Numbered from the stretch's first letter, positions 48,224-58,193 are shown. The stretch is DNA of 64,000 nucleotides from Candidatus Omnitrophota bacterium (GCA_043821445.1 JBDRCT010000037.1:49703-113702); one strand, 5' to 3'. Notes: generated from the letters alone by a model not told the origin. Program-made: numbers and translations.

Positions 48224-51200
48224 TCAGACCGTCTGGATCCAATCTGCTTTTCCTTGTTTCATTTCGAACCGCCATTTCCAGATGAAATAAATGACGGGAT
48301 ATACCAATAATTCCAGGATAAAAGAGGTCGTGAGCCCGCCGATCATCGGCGCCGCGATCCGTTTCATGGCGTCCGAACCCGCGCCCGCGGCCCACATGAT
48401 CGGTAAAAGGCCCATGAACGCGGCCATGACGGTCATCATCTTGGGCCGCACGCGCTTGACCGCGCCATGAATGATCGCTTCCTCAAGGTCTTGTTCCGTG
48501 CGCATTTTCTTTTTATCGACGGCCTCGTGATACGCAAGGTCGAGGAAAAGGAGCATGAAGACGCCCGTTTCGGCATCGAGACCCATGAGCGCGATCATGC
48601 CGACCCAGACCGCGATCGAAACATGATAGCCCAGGGCCCACAGGAGCCAGACGGCCCCGACCAGCGAAAAGGGAACGGCCAGAAGCACAATCCCGGTCTT
48701 TACCGCGGATCTTGTGTTCATGTAAAGCAAAAGGCAGATCAGAAAAAGCGTGAGCGGAAGAACAACTTTGAGCCGTTCTTTGACGCGGATCATGTTCTCG
48801 TACTGGCCGCTCCATACAAGCGCATACCCTTGCGGGAGCCTGAGCTCTTTCGCCACGATCTTTTTGGCTTCTTCGACGTAGCTGCCGATGTCGCGGCCGA
48901 TCATGTCCACGTACACGTAGCCCGCCAGGAGACCGTTCTCATTGCGGATCATCGCGGGGCCTGAAACTTTTTTGATGTTCGCGAGCTCCGCGATCGGGAT
49001 CTGCTGCCCCGCGGCCGTGGGAACGAGCACGCGCTTCAATTTTTCGATGTCGTTACGGAATTCCCGGGAATAACGGACATTCACGGGATACCGCTCGCGG
49101 CCTTCGATCGTGGTCGTAATGTTCTCCCCGCCGATGGCCGAATTGATGACCGCCTGGACATCCGCGACGGAAAGACCGTAGCGCGCCAGGGCTTCGCGCT
49201 TGATATCGAAATCGATGAAATAACCGCCGGCCACGCGTTCCGCATAAATGCTCCGGGTCCCCGGGACATCCTTCAGGATCATTTCGATATGCGTCCCGAT
49301 CTCCTCGATCTTTTGGATGTCCGCGCCGAGCACCTTGATCCCGATCGGCGTACGGACGCCGGTGGAAAGCATATCAATGCGGTTTTTGATCGGCATGGTC
49401 CATGCGTTCGTCGTGCCCGGGATCTTGAGGGCCTGGTCCATTTTTTGAACAAGTGCTTCGCGCGAGATATGCTCCGGCCAGATCCACTGAAGCGGCCCTT
49501 TGAACCATCCGGGGATCCATGAGGAATACCACCGTTCTTTCCGGGTCCATTCTTTTTCCGGTTTCAGGAGAATGACGGTCTCCATCATGGAAAAAGGCGC
49601 GGGGTCCGTGGAACTTTCCATGCGTCCCGATTTCCCGAAAACCCGTTCGACCTCCGGAAAGGACATCAGGATCTGATCCTGCTTTTGCAAAAGCTTCTGG
49701 GCCTCGGTCACCGAGATCCCCGGCAATGTCGTCGGCATATAAAGGAGGTTCTGTTCCCAAAGAGGCGGCATGAACTCGGAGCCTAATTTCAAATAAACGG
49801 GAATGGCGGTCAGGACGAGGAGAAGGGCCGTGACGAGCGTCGCCTTCCGGTATTTCAGAACGAAGCGGCAGGCCGGCTCATAGATCTTGAAAAGCACCTT
49901 GCTGACCGGATGTTTTTCCTCCGGATAATAGGTCCCGACCGCAAGGGCCGTCGCAGCTTTAGAAAGCCCCTCCTCGACCTTCTTCGGGAAGAACGGCAAT
50001 TTGAACTTGATCGGGTCCATCCGCGCGAAAAGCATCCGCATCGCAGGATCCAGGGTTACGGCCAGGATCGCCGCCGCGGCCATCGCGAGGGTTTTCGCCC
50101 ACGCGAGCGGCCGGAAGAGACGACCTTCCTGGTCCAGGAGCGTGAAGACCGGCAGGAACGACACCGCGATCACAAGGAGAGAAAAGAAAACCGCCGGTCC
50201 GACCTCTTTGAGGGCCTGGAGCCGGATCAAGTGAAAATCCCCTTTGCGCCCGCCCTCGATCCATTGCTCAAGGCGTTTATAGGCATTTTCCACCTCCACG
50301 ATCGCGCCGTCCACGAGCACGCCGATCGAAATGGCAATGCCGGAAAGCGACATGATGTTGGAAGTAAGATGCATTTGATGAAGGAAAATAAAGGAAAGCA
50401 GGACCGAGATCGGGATCGTCACGATCGGCACGATGGCGGACGGAAAATGCCAGAGGAAAAGGAGGATCACGAAGCTCACGATCAGCATTTCTTCAAAAAG
50501 CTGGTGCTTCAGCGTGTCCATAGCGTGAAGGATCAGTTCCGAGCGGTCGTAGGTCACCACCAGTTCCACGCCCGCGGGGAACGAGGACTTGAGCTCTTCA
50601 ATTCTTTTTTTGACGCGTTTGATCACATTAAGCGCGTTCTCGCCGGAGCGCATCACCACCGTCCCGGACACCACGTCCCCTTCCCCGTTCAGATCGGCCA
50701 GCCCGCGGCGCATGTCGGGACCGATCACCACACTGCCGAGATTTTTGATAAGGACAGGCGTTCCGTTGGGATCGACGCCCACCACGATATCCTCGAAATC
50801 TTTAACGGATTTCGCGTAACCGCGGCCGCGCACCATATATTCAACGCCGGAAAATTCCAGCACACGGCCGCCCGTTTCCTGGTTGCCGCTCCGGACCGCG
50901 TCCATGACCTTGGTGATCGGGATGTTGTAACTGAGAAGTTTGTTCGGATCGATCGTGACCTGGTACTGTTTGACGAACCCGCCGAGCGAGGCGACCTCCG
51001 CGACCCCCGGGACGCTTTGAAGATAATAACGCAAATACCAGTCCTGGAAACTCCGGAGTTCCTGAAGATCATGCTTGCCGGTCTTGTCCACAAGAGCATA
51101 TTGAAAGACCCAGCCCACGCCGGTAGCGTCCGGCCCGAGCTCGGTCTGGACGCCTTCCGGGAGCCGCGGGATGATCTTGCTCAGGTATTCCAGCGTCCGG

Positions 51201-51547
51201 CTCCGCGCCCAATAAAGGTCCGTCCCGTCCTTGAAGATCACGTAAACATAAGAAAACCCGAAGTCCGAGAACCCGCGCACCGCTTTGACGTTCGGAGCGC
51301 CGAGCATGGCCGTCACGATCGGATAGGTTACCTGGTCTTCGATGATGTCGGGGCTGCGGTCCCATTTGGAATAAATAATGACCTGCGTGTCGGAAAGATC
51401 GGGAATCGCATCGAGGGGGATATTCTTCAGGGACCAGACCGCCGTAGCGATCGCGACGGCCGTGAGAACGAAAATGAGAAGTTTGTTATGGGCCGAGAAC
51501 TCAATGACCTTTTCGATCCAGCCGCCCTGCCGTAATTTAGGGTCCAT
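48224..51547 (-). CDS. cusA: CusA/CzcA family heavy-metal efflux RND transporter (Cu/Ag type)
   Basis: LDAIPDLSDTQV, GPDATGVGW, LLYMP, VDGAIV.VEN and KRVRPKMMT. Confidence 0.94.
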   Translation of the reverse strand: MDPKLRQGGWIEKVIEFSAHNKLLIFVLTAVAIATAVWSLKNIPLDAIPDLSDTQVIIYSKWDRSPDIIEDQVTYPIVTAMLGAPNVKAVRGFSDFGFSYVYVIFKDGTDLYWARSRTLEYLSKIIPRLPEGVQTELGPDATGVGWVFQYALVDKTGKHDLQELRSFQDWYLRYYLQSVPGVAEVASLGGFVKQYQVTIDPNKLLSYNIPITKVMDAVRSGNQETGGRVLEFSGVEYMVRGRGYAKSVKDFEDIVVGVDPNGTPVLIKNLGSVVIGPDMRRGLADLNGEGDVVSGTVVMRSGENALNVIKRVKKRIEELKSSFPAGVELVVTYDRSELILHAMDTLKHQLFEEMLIVSFVILLFLWHFPSAIVPIVTIPISVLLSFIFLHQMHLTSNIMSLSGIAISIGVLVDGAIVEVENAYKRLEQWIEGGRKGDFHLIRLQALKEVGPAVFFSLLVIAVSFLPVFTLLDQEGRLFRPLAWAKTLAMAAAAILAVTLDPAMRMLFARMDPIKFKLPFFPKKVEEGLSKAATALAVGTYYPEEKHPVSKVLFKIYEPACRFVLKYRKATLVTALLLVLTAIPVYLKLGSEFMPPLWEQNLLYMPTTLPGISVTEAQKLLQKQDQILMSFPEVERVFGKSGRMESSTDPAPFSMMETVILLKPEKEWTRKERWYSSWIPGWFKGPLQWIWPEHISREALVQKMDQALKIPGTTNAWTMPIKNRIDMLSTGVRTPIGIKVLGADIQKIEEIGTHIEMILKDVPGTRSIYAERVAGGYFIDFDIKREALARYGLSVADVQAVINSAIGGENITTTIEGRERYPVNVRYSREFRNDIEKLKRVLVPTAAGQQIPIAELANIKKVSGPAMIRNENGLLAGYVYVDMIGRDIGSYVEEAKKIVAKELRLPQGYALVWSGQYENMIRVKERLKVVLPLTLFLICLLLYMNTRSAVKTGIVLLAVPFSLVGAVWLLWALGYHVSIAVWVGMIALMGLDAETGVFMLLFLDLAYHEAVDKKKMRTEQDLEEAIIHGAVKRVRPKMMTVMAAFMGLLPIMWAAGAGSDAMKRIAAPMIGGLTTSFILELLVYPVIYFIWKWRFEMKQGKADWIQTV

Positions 51548-51573
51548 AGTCCACCGTCCTCAGTCGACCAGTA

Positions 51574-52868
51574 TCATCCGCCATGGACGTGCTCTCCGCC
51601 TCCGGCACCTTCCAGAGCTGACCTGAGCCGGCTCTCCGAATCGATCAGGAAATTGCCGCTTGTCACGACTTGCTCGCCTTCCAGAAGCCCGCTCTTGATC
51701 TCGTAAAAACCGTCCGCTTTCGCGCCAAGGACCACTTCATGCGGATCGAAAATATTTTTCTCCCGGACCACGAAAACGATGTTCTTTTCTCCGGTCATGA
51801 ACACGGCCTCTTCCGGCACCGCGAGTTGTTCCCCAAGATCGGTCTTGAGCACCGCGTTCACATACATCTCGGGCTTCAATATGCCGTCCGGATTTTCAAG
51901 CTGCGCGCGGACACGGATGGAACGCGTCACCGGGTCCACCACGGAATCCAGGGCCCGCACAACCCCCCGGTACTTCTTGTCCGAGATCGCCGGCACATCG
52001 ACCTCCACCGCGTCCCCCATGTGCACAAACGGCGTTTCATACTCGTAGATGGGCGCGTAAAGCCAGACCTTACCGCCCGGATCGGAATAAAGAAGCGAAC
52101 GGTCCGGCTTCCCGGCCTCTTCGATCTCCTGAACGATCGCGTCATTTAAACCCAAAAGCCGCAGTTTGATCTTGGAGGAATCCACGAGCTTCGCGGCCTG
52201 CTCCCGGATCTCCGGGTCCGCGGTCTCAGCTTTCTTTAAAGCTTGAGCGGCCTGAAGGTATTCTTCCTCGGCTTGGTAAAGTTCGGGGTCATACGCGATC
52301 CGGCCGCTGGCCCGGATCGTTTTCGTCAACGCCATTTTCCGGACCGGCGCGGTCCTCACCCCGATCGCCTGTTGCTTTTCGGCGCCCAGTTGCAGGGACG
52401 TATAGCCCTGCGGGAATGCGTCCTTCACGATCACGCCGAGGTCTTCCCCGCAATGCGGGCATTTCCCAAGCCGGGCGAATTCCGGCGTCATGGCGATCAT
52501 GCAAGTTCCCATTTTGCATTTATGAAGCAGGCAGATCTCGCCCGGTTTCATGGCCACGAGCTGCGCGACCGTAAAAACCTTCGGTTGGTCCACAGTCGAC
52601 AGTCCATGGTCCATAGTTTTTTTGTCCGTGGTCTGCGGTCTGTGGTCTGATTCGTTTCGCGCTTCACAAGCGACATGTTGCAGATAGGACAAGTCCCCGG
52701 CCGGTCGGAGGTGTAATTCGGATGCATGGGACAGTAATAAACCGATTTTTCGGCATGTTTTGCCGTGTGAGTTGAAAGATGCCCCAAGGACCGGAACGCC
52801 ATGGCGCCCGCTACGATCACGATCGTTAAAAGAATTCCGAGGGATAAAAAACGATTCCTTTGGATCAT
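51574..52868 (-). CDS. cusB: CusB-like efflux adaptor, split by a -1 frameshift at an A7 run (T7 at 52617-52623 on the plus strand)
   Basis: N-terminal TM plus YYCPMHP..CPICNMSL in 52868-52548; MFP body LKPEMY, SGNFLIDSES in a second frame ending at 51574. Confidence 0.82.
52587..52650. repeat. Heptamer hairpin (AGACCRC / CYRTGGA) inside cusB; half-site at 51541-51572
   Basis: Minus strand reads AGACCAC AGACCGC AGACCAC GGAC AAAAAAA CTATGGA CCATGGA CTGTCGA CTGTGGA. Confidence 0.85.
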
Positions 52869-54169
52869 GGCTGTAACTCCGCTTTTTGATTATTCAGATC
52901 AAGACCGGTCGCCCAGGACAGGTCGGCATAAGATTTGAGCGCTTCGGCGTGAAATTGGACCTCCGAAAGTTTGGCGTTCAGGAAAACGCGTTCACTGTCC
53001 AGAAAATCAAGAAACTCCGTCTTCCCCGATTCATAGCCGGCCTGATCCGCAGAAAGCGCGAGTTTCGCTTGCGGAACGATCGCCGCTTCATAAAGGTCTG
53101 CGATCTTCGAGGCCGTTTCGAAACGGTAATAAGCGTCCTTCACTTCAAAAAAGGTCTGGTTCTTCACCGCGATCAATTTCGCCGCTTGGGCTTCTTCAAG
53201 CTTCTTGGCTTCCTGGATCTCCGGGATGATGCGGTTCTGCCAGACCGGAAGGTTCACCGCCAGCGGGAACATCCAGGTATTTTTCCCGTCCATGGGACTT
53301 GTCGTACTGCCGGAACCCACCCGCGTGTATTGAAAACCGACGTTCACATCCGGGAAATAAGCCAACTGCGCCAACCGTTTCGCATAGTGAGTTTTTGAGG
53401 CCATCGCCTCCGATCCCTTGATCTCCTGCCGGTTCTGAACGGCCAGATTGATCAATTCGACAAGCGACCGGTCCAGGGCGGGCTTGGAAGGAAGCGTTGC
53501 TTTCCCGATCACGGTCATGGGGTCCTGGTCCAGAAGCGCGTTCATCTGCGCGGTCACGCTCTCGCGTTGCTGCTGAAGCGTGTAAAGCTTTTCGAGATTT
53601 AACGAAAATTCCGTTTGCGCCTTGGCGACATCGCGCTGAGCGCCCGAGAGATTGGAATAACGCGCCTGGGCCACTCCTTCGATCTTTTTCAGGAGTGCTT
53701 TGACCTCCGCGAGCGTGTCCAGCGAAGCATCAATGTAGTAAAGCTGGTAATAAAGCTGCGTGAGTTTGTTGGTAATGTCCCGTTCGAGCGCCTGAAAACG
53801 GGCCCGGGAAGCTTCCGCTTCTGCTTTCGCGACCTTTCTTTTTTCCCAGAGCTTCCCCGGAAAAAGCACCTCTTGGGAGATCATGAACCGGTTCTTCTGA
53901 GGACCGGTCCGTGTCTCGACCATGGAACCCATAATGTCATAGCCCCCCACGGGGTCCGGGAGCGCCCAGGAAGCCATGATGGCTTTCTTGGAGGCAAGCC
54001 ATTCGGCCTTGGCGGCGGCGATCTCGGGATTTTTTTCAAGAGCTTGCAGGATCAGGTCTTGAAGGCGCAAGGTTTGACCCGCCTGGAACATTTCTTCTGC
54101 GAGGGCGAGGCGCGTAACTGAAAGAAAGGGAAGGGTTAAGATCAGGATCGCTACGAACATTTTTTTCAT
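52865..54169 (-). CDS. TolC-family outer membrane efflux protein (CusC-like)
   Basis: Signal peptide, ALEKNPEI, LPDP and YESGK.EFLD.LDS; lies upstream of cusB and cusA. Confidence 0.9.
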   Translation of the reverse strand: MKKMFVAILILTLPFLSVTRLALAEEMFQAGQTLRLQDLILQALEKNPEIAAAKAEWLASKKAIMASWALPDPVGGYDIMGSMVETRTGPQKNRFMISQEVLFPGKLWEKRKVAKAEAEASRARFQALERDITNKLTQLYYQLYYIDASLDTLAEVKALLKKIEGVAQARYSNLSGAQRDVAKAQTEFSLNLEKLYTLQQQRESVTAQMNALLDQDPMTVIGKATLPSKPALDRSLVELINLAVQNRQEIKGSEAMASKTHYAKRLAQLAYFPDVNVGFQYTRVGSGSTTSPMDGKNTWMFPLAVNLPVWQNRIIPEIQEAKKLEEAQAAKLIAVKNQTFFEVKDAYYRFETASKIADLYEAAIVPQAKLALSADQAGYESGKTEFLDFLDSERVFLNAKLSEVQFHAEALKSYADLSWATGLDLNNQKAELQP

Positions 54170-54223
54170 CGCGTGGCCCTCTTTTGAGGTTTCATTTTAC
54201 CCCTCCCGTCTTTGATTAAAAAT

Positions 54224-54502
54224 TCATTTTTTAATGCGCTCGAGCAGCTTGTAGATCTCCTGGATCTTCCGGCTTTTTTCCGCTAAAGACTTTCCGGTAA
54301 AAGCGGTCTTCACGCAGGCGTTCAAATGATCTTTGAGGATCTTCGATTCCACGTTCCGCAGGGCCCCGATCGCCGCGCCCACGGCATAAAGGATATCCAC
54401 GCAGTAGCGCCGGTCCTCGATCATCTTGTGGATGCCGCGGACCTGGCCCTCGATCCTCCGGAGTGATACCAGTTTGTCCTGATGGTCCATGCCCTTTTTC
54501 AT
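54224..54502 (-). CDS. csoR: CsoR/RcnR family metal-sensing repressor
   Basis: LRRIEGQVRGI, YCVDIL and HLNAC; ATG at 54502. Confidence 0.9.
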   Translation of the reverse strand: MKKGMDHQDKLVSLRRIEGQVRGIHKMIEDRRYCVDILYAVGAAIGALRNVESKILKDHLNACVKTAFTGKSLAEKSRKIQEIYKLLERIKK

Positions 54503-54508
54503 ACCCCA

Positions 54509-54538
54509 AGCATAGCATACCCCATGGGGGTATGTCAA
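54509..54538 (-). promoter_or_regulatory. Sigma70 promoter with a CsoR-type operator in the spacer
   Basis: TTGACA-N18-TATGCT with TGn extension; operator CATACCCCATGGGGGTATG at 54516-54534 (G/C tract flanked by ATAC/GTAT). Confidence 0.85.
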
Positions 54539-54545
54539 TGCCCGC

Positions 54546-54690
54546 GCGACGGGTAACGCTCAACGGAAAAGCGACAAAAAGACGCCCCGCAAGCTCCGTT
54601 GACTCGTTCAAACAGCTCCGATAGAATGCCCCGCATTAAGAATGCCCTTCATTCACTGAACGTTGTGCGTTGCGCTTTGCGCGTTGAGCG
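54546..54690. repeat. CAACG/CGTTG-family heptamer inverted arms flanking the tsaB promoter
   Basis: GCGACGG GTAACGC TCAACGG ... CGTTGTG CGTTGCG CTTTGCG CGTTGAG. Confidence 0.7.
54599..54627 (+). promoter_or_regulatory. Putative sigma70 promoter for tsaB-alr-birA
   Basis: TTGACT-N17-TAGAAT. Confidence 0.65.
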
Positions 54691-54696
54691 GATCTT

Positions 54697-55374
54697 ATGA
54701 ACCTTCTAGCCATAGAGACCTCCGGCCCGGTCCTGAGCGTTGCGGTCCAAAAAAGCGGCGCCGGGCTCCGCCACGCCGTGGTCCGGGGCTATATGAAGCA
54801 CGCCGAAAACCTCCTCCCCGTGATCGACCGGCTTCTCAAAAAGGAACGCCTGAAGATCGGGGACATCGATGCCTTCCTGATCGGCCGCGGACCCGGGTCC
54901 TTCACGGGATTGCGTGTTGGTTTCGCCACGCTCAAGGGACTGATCGCGACCCGTCCCAAACCCTGTTACGGCGCTTTTTCCCTCGATCTGATCGCGGCCG
55001 GCATAAAACCCGGAAAACACACAAATCTCACGGTATGTTTGGACGCAAGACGTGGTAAACTTTACATTCGTTCGTACCGTTATTATTATAAGGAAGGATG
55101 GAGCCCGCAAGGGCCGTCCCGCGTCCTCCCCATCAACAAAATAGTTACTCAACTTCCCGCGGGAAGTTGGATCGCGGGCGACGGGGTCAAAAAATTCGAG
55201 GCAAGGGGATCTCGGATCGCGCCGGAAAAGAGCTGGCACCCGAAGGCCTCCGCCTTGATCGCGTTATTCGAGACGAAGAGTCCGCTTCTTAAGAGGCTCC
55301 TCGCCCCCAAAGAATTTTTACCTGTTTACTTGCGAAGTTCCGAGGCGGAAGAAAGACTGAAGGATAAAAAATGA
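54697..55374 (+). CDS. tsaB: tRNA threonylcarbamoyladenosine biosynthesis protein TsaB
   Basis: LAIETS, HAENL, GPGSFTGLRVG, DARRG and PVYLR. Confidence 0.93.
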   Translation: MNLLAIETSGPVLSVAVQKSGAGLRHAVVRGYMKHAENLLPVIDRLLKKERLKIGDIDAFLIGRGPGSFTGLRVGFATLKGLIATRPKPCYGAFSLDLIAAGIKPGKHTNLTVCLDARRGKLYIRSYRYYYKEGWSPQGPSRVLPINKIVTQLPAGSWIAGDGVKKFEARGSRIAPEKSWHPKASALIALFETKSPLLKRLLAPKEFLPVYLRSSEAEERLKDKK

Positions 55375-55383
55375 CGATTTTTT

Positions 55384-55510
55384 GTCATTGCGGACCGTGC
55401 GTCCGCCGAAGGCGGATCCGCCTCTGGCGGAAAGCAATCTCGTTTTAAACACAGATTGCCACGCCCCTGCTGTTTTCTTGCGAAAGCAAGAGGCAGGTCC
55501 TCGCAATGAC
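55384..55510. repeat. GTCATTGCG...CGCAATGAC palindromic element, copy 3, with nested hairpins
   Basis: Contains TCCGCCGAAGGCGGATCCGCCTCTGGCGGA (55402-55431) and TCTTGCGAAAGCAAGA. Confidence 0.8.
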
Positions 55511-55530
55511 GTCATAGGAAAATTATTAAC

Positions 55531-56664
55531 ATGACCGAACTCACTAAAGAAAAATCGAAGGTCCAGCATAGTTCGTGGATCGAGATCCGCGCAGACCGTC
55601 TTCTCAGGAACCTCGAAACCCTTCGGAACGGATCGGGGCAGACGGATGTTTTAGCGGTGATCAAAGCGAACGCCTACGGCCACGGCCTCCGGGAGACCGC
55701 AGGCATTCTTGCCGGAAAAGTCACCTACTTCGGCGTCGCCACTCTTAAGGAGGCCCTGGAACTTAAAGAGAACCATCCTCAGACCCCGGTCTTCCTTTTC
55801 GGGCATTTGCTCTCGCCTGAGCTCCCGGCGGCGCTCTTGGGCGGCATCACTTTGAGCGTTTCGAACCTCGAAAAAGCGCGGGAGATCTCGGACCTGTCGG
55901 AGGGCCTGGACCGTAAGACCTCCGTCCATGTGAAGATCGACACGGGCATGGGCCGCATGGGGATCCCGGTCCGCGAAGCCGCGGCTTCCATCGAGGAAAT
56001 GGCAAAGCTCAAAGGGCTCATGCTGGACGGTATTTACATGCATTTTCCCACCGCCGAAAAGGATGATGCGTTTCGCGAGAAACAGGTGCGAAAATTCGGG
56101 ATCCTGCTCCAGGAGCTCGAAGAAAAGAATATTGTATTCCGGTTCCGTCATGCCACCAATAGCGCCGCGACGCTGACCCTGAAAACCCTGTTCTTTAATA
56201 TGATCCGCCCGGGTCTCGCGCTCTACGGCGCTTATCCGGACCCGGAGTTGAAAAGCGTCGCTCACTTCGAGCCGGTCCTTTCACTCAAAAGCCGTATGGT
56301 CCTTATCAAAAAAGTCCGTGCGGGAGAATCGGTCGGATACGGCCGGGAATTTATCGCCCGGCGCGATACCACGATCGCGGTGCTTCCTTTCGGATACAGC
56401 CATGGCTACCCCTACACGGCATGGAAAAATGCCTCCGTACTTTTCCAAGGCAGGCGCTATCCCCTTGCGGGCAAGGTTTCCATGGATTATATCGCCGTGG
56501 ATCTCGGAAACACCAATGCCAAGGAAGGCGATACGGTCACACTGATCGGAGAGGAACAAACGGAGCGCATCACGGCCGAAGATATCGCGGGCTGGGCCGG
56601 AACGATCCCCTATGAGATCCTGACGCGCCTGAATCCCAATTTACCGAGAATTGTTATCCCGTAA
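55531..56664 (+). CDS. alr: Alanine racemase
   Basis: AVIKANAYGHG, HVKIDTGMGRMG, IRPG, VGYG and GTIPYE. Confidence 0.96.
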   Translation: MTELTKEKSKVQHSSWIEIRADRLLRNLETLRNGSGQTDVLAVIKANAYGHGLRETAGILAGKVTYFGVATLKEALELKENHPQTPVFLFGHLLSPELPAALLGGITLSVSNLEKAREISDLSEGLDRKTSVHVKIDTGMGRMGIPVREAAASIEEMAKLKGLMLDGIYMHFPTAEKDDAFREKQVRKFGILLQELEEKNIVFRFRHATNSAATLTLKTLFFNMIRPGLALYGAYPDPELKSVAHFEPVLSLKSRMVLIKKVRAGESVGYGREFIARRDTTIAVLPFGYSHGYPYTAWKNASVLFQGRRYPLAGKVSMDYIAVDLGNTNAKEGDTVTLIGEEQTERITAEDIAGWAGTIPYEILTRLNPNLPRIVIP

Positions 56665-56706
56665 ACATTCCAACAACGCCCCGGAACCGGGACTCAACCG
56701 TCGCCT

Positions 56707-57249
56707 ATGATCCAATTCACGATACGCCGCATCGCCGAAGTTTCGTCGACCAATACCGTGGCCTTGGATGCGGCAAAACAAGGCTCCCCGGAAGGACTTG
56801 TGATCGTTGCCGACCACCAAACCGCGGGACGCGGCAAGCCCGGACGGCAGTGGCTTTCTCCCCCGGGAAAGAACCTCCTTTGTTCGGTCCTTCTCAGACC
56901 GACGCTCAGTCCGGCGCAGGCCCCGATGCTCACCCAGATCGCCTGCCGGGCGGTTGCCAAGGTCCTGAAAGAGAAGTATGATATCGCCTCGGAATTCAAG
57001 CGGCCCAACGATGTCATGGTGGGTTCACAGAAGATCTGCGGTACTTTAGTGGAAACTTTTTCCTCCTCTTCGAAGCTGGAGGCTGCCGTCATCGGCATTG
57101 GGTTGAATGTGAACGCGGAAGCCTCGGAGCTTCCCCCCGAGGGGATCTCCATGAGGATCTTGAAGAATGTCGAGTATTCGATCGATGAGGTCCTTGGGCA
57201 TCTTCTTTGTGAATTGGGACATAAGTGTAGTGAATTATATAAAAAATAG
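56707..57249 (+). CDS. birA: Biotin--[acetyl-CoA-carboxylase] ligase, catalytic domain only
   Basis: SSTN, QTAGRGKPGRQW, KRPND, KICG and GIGLNVN. Confidence 0.9.
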   Translation: MIQFTIRRIAEVSSTNTVALDAAKQGSPEGLVIVADHQTAGRGKPGRQWLSPPGKNLLCSVLLRPTLSPAQAPMLTQIACRAVAKVLKEKYDIASEFKRPNDVMVGSQKICGTLVETFSSSSKLEAAVIGIGLNVNAEASELPPEGISMRILKNVEYSIDEVLGHLLCELGHKCSELYKK

Positions 57250-57359
57250 GCTATATAACGATCATCACCCTATAATGAACGATTTTTTAGCCTTAAGTGG
57301 TAAATTGAGCATCACTTTTATCATCAAAAGATCGAAGGATTCACGAAAGGTTGAGAGGC

Positions 57360-58112
57360 ATGATCAAGCGAATATTGGCTATTGACGTCGGGAATACAGC
57401 CGCTACGGTTGGATTCTATCAAGGCGGCCGCTTGATGTATTTTGGATCTATGAAATATAGCGATATCCCAAAATTTGCCATAAAACTTACTCGAAGTGGT
57501 AAAAATTGTCATCTAGACATCATTATTAGCTCTGTTTTCCCAAAAATAACTCGTTTTTTGAGATGCAGATTACAAAGAATTAAAGGTGTGCTAATTCGCA
57601 CAGTTGGCGGAAATTTAGCTATAAAAATAAGGCATAACTATATTAATTACAATAGCTTAGGTGTAGACAGAAAGGTCAATATCTATGGCGCTGTACAGAT
57701 GTATCGCCTTCCCTTACTTGTGATCGACTATGGAACTGCCATCACTTTCGACTATATTGATCCAAAAGGCGTCTTCCGCGGAGGCATGATCATTCCTGGG
57801 CCTGAGACGTCCTATAGAGCTCTGGGTCAGAAGGCCGCCCTGCTCCCCAAGGGACTCTCCCTCCCTAAAAAGGCCCGCTCTTTCCTCGGAAGGAGCGCCC
57901 GTGAATGCATGGAATCGGGGATCCTCGAGGGCTACGGCGCCATGACCGATGAGTTGATCCTGAGGTTCCGGCAGCGATATGGGAAGAACCTCAGGATCCT
58001 GGCCACGGGCGGCTTTGCCGGGTTGATTTCCCCCTACGCCAAGCGCATTGACATCGTCGACCCCAAGCATTCCATTAAGTCCCTCCTTGCTCTTTGGAGA
58101 AATGAAAAATAG
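57360..58112 (+). CDS. coaX: Type III pantothenate kinase
   Basis: IDVGNT, SSV, LGVDR, IDYGTAITFD, GGMIIPG and ATGG. Confidence 0.93.
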   Translation: MIKRILAIDVGNTAATVGFYQGGRLMYFGSMKYSDIPKFAIKLTRSGKNCHLDIIISSVFPKITRFLRCRLQRIKGVLIRTVGGNLAIKIRHNYINYNSLGVDRKVNIYGAVQMYRLPLLVIDYGTAITFDYIDPKGVFRGGMIIPGPETSYRALGQKAALLPKGLSLPKKARSFLGRSARECMESGILEGYGAMTDELILRFRQRYGKNLRILATGGFAGLISPYAKRIDIVDPKHSIKSLLALWRNEK

Positions 58113-58175
58113 TACGGCGTACGGTGCGACGGATGACCGCTTTTGCGCCGTACACCGTACTTCTTACTCCGTATT
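58111..58175. repeat. Heptamer hairpin (NGTACGG / CCGTACN)
   Basis: AGTACGG CGTACGG ... CCGTACA CCGTACT TCTTACT CCGTATT. Confidence 0.75.
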
Positions 58176-58193
58176 GCTTTTTTAAAAATTCTC

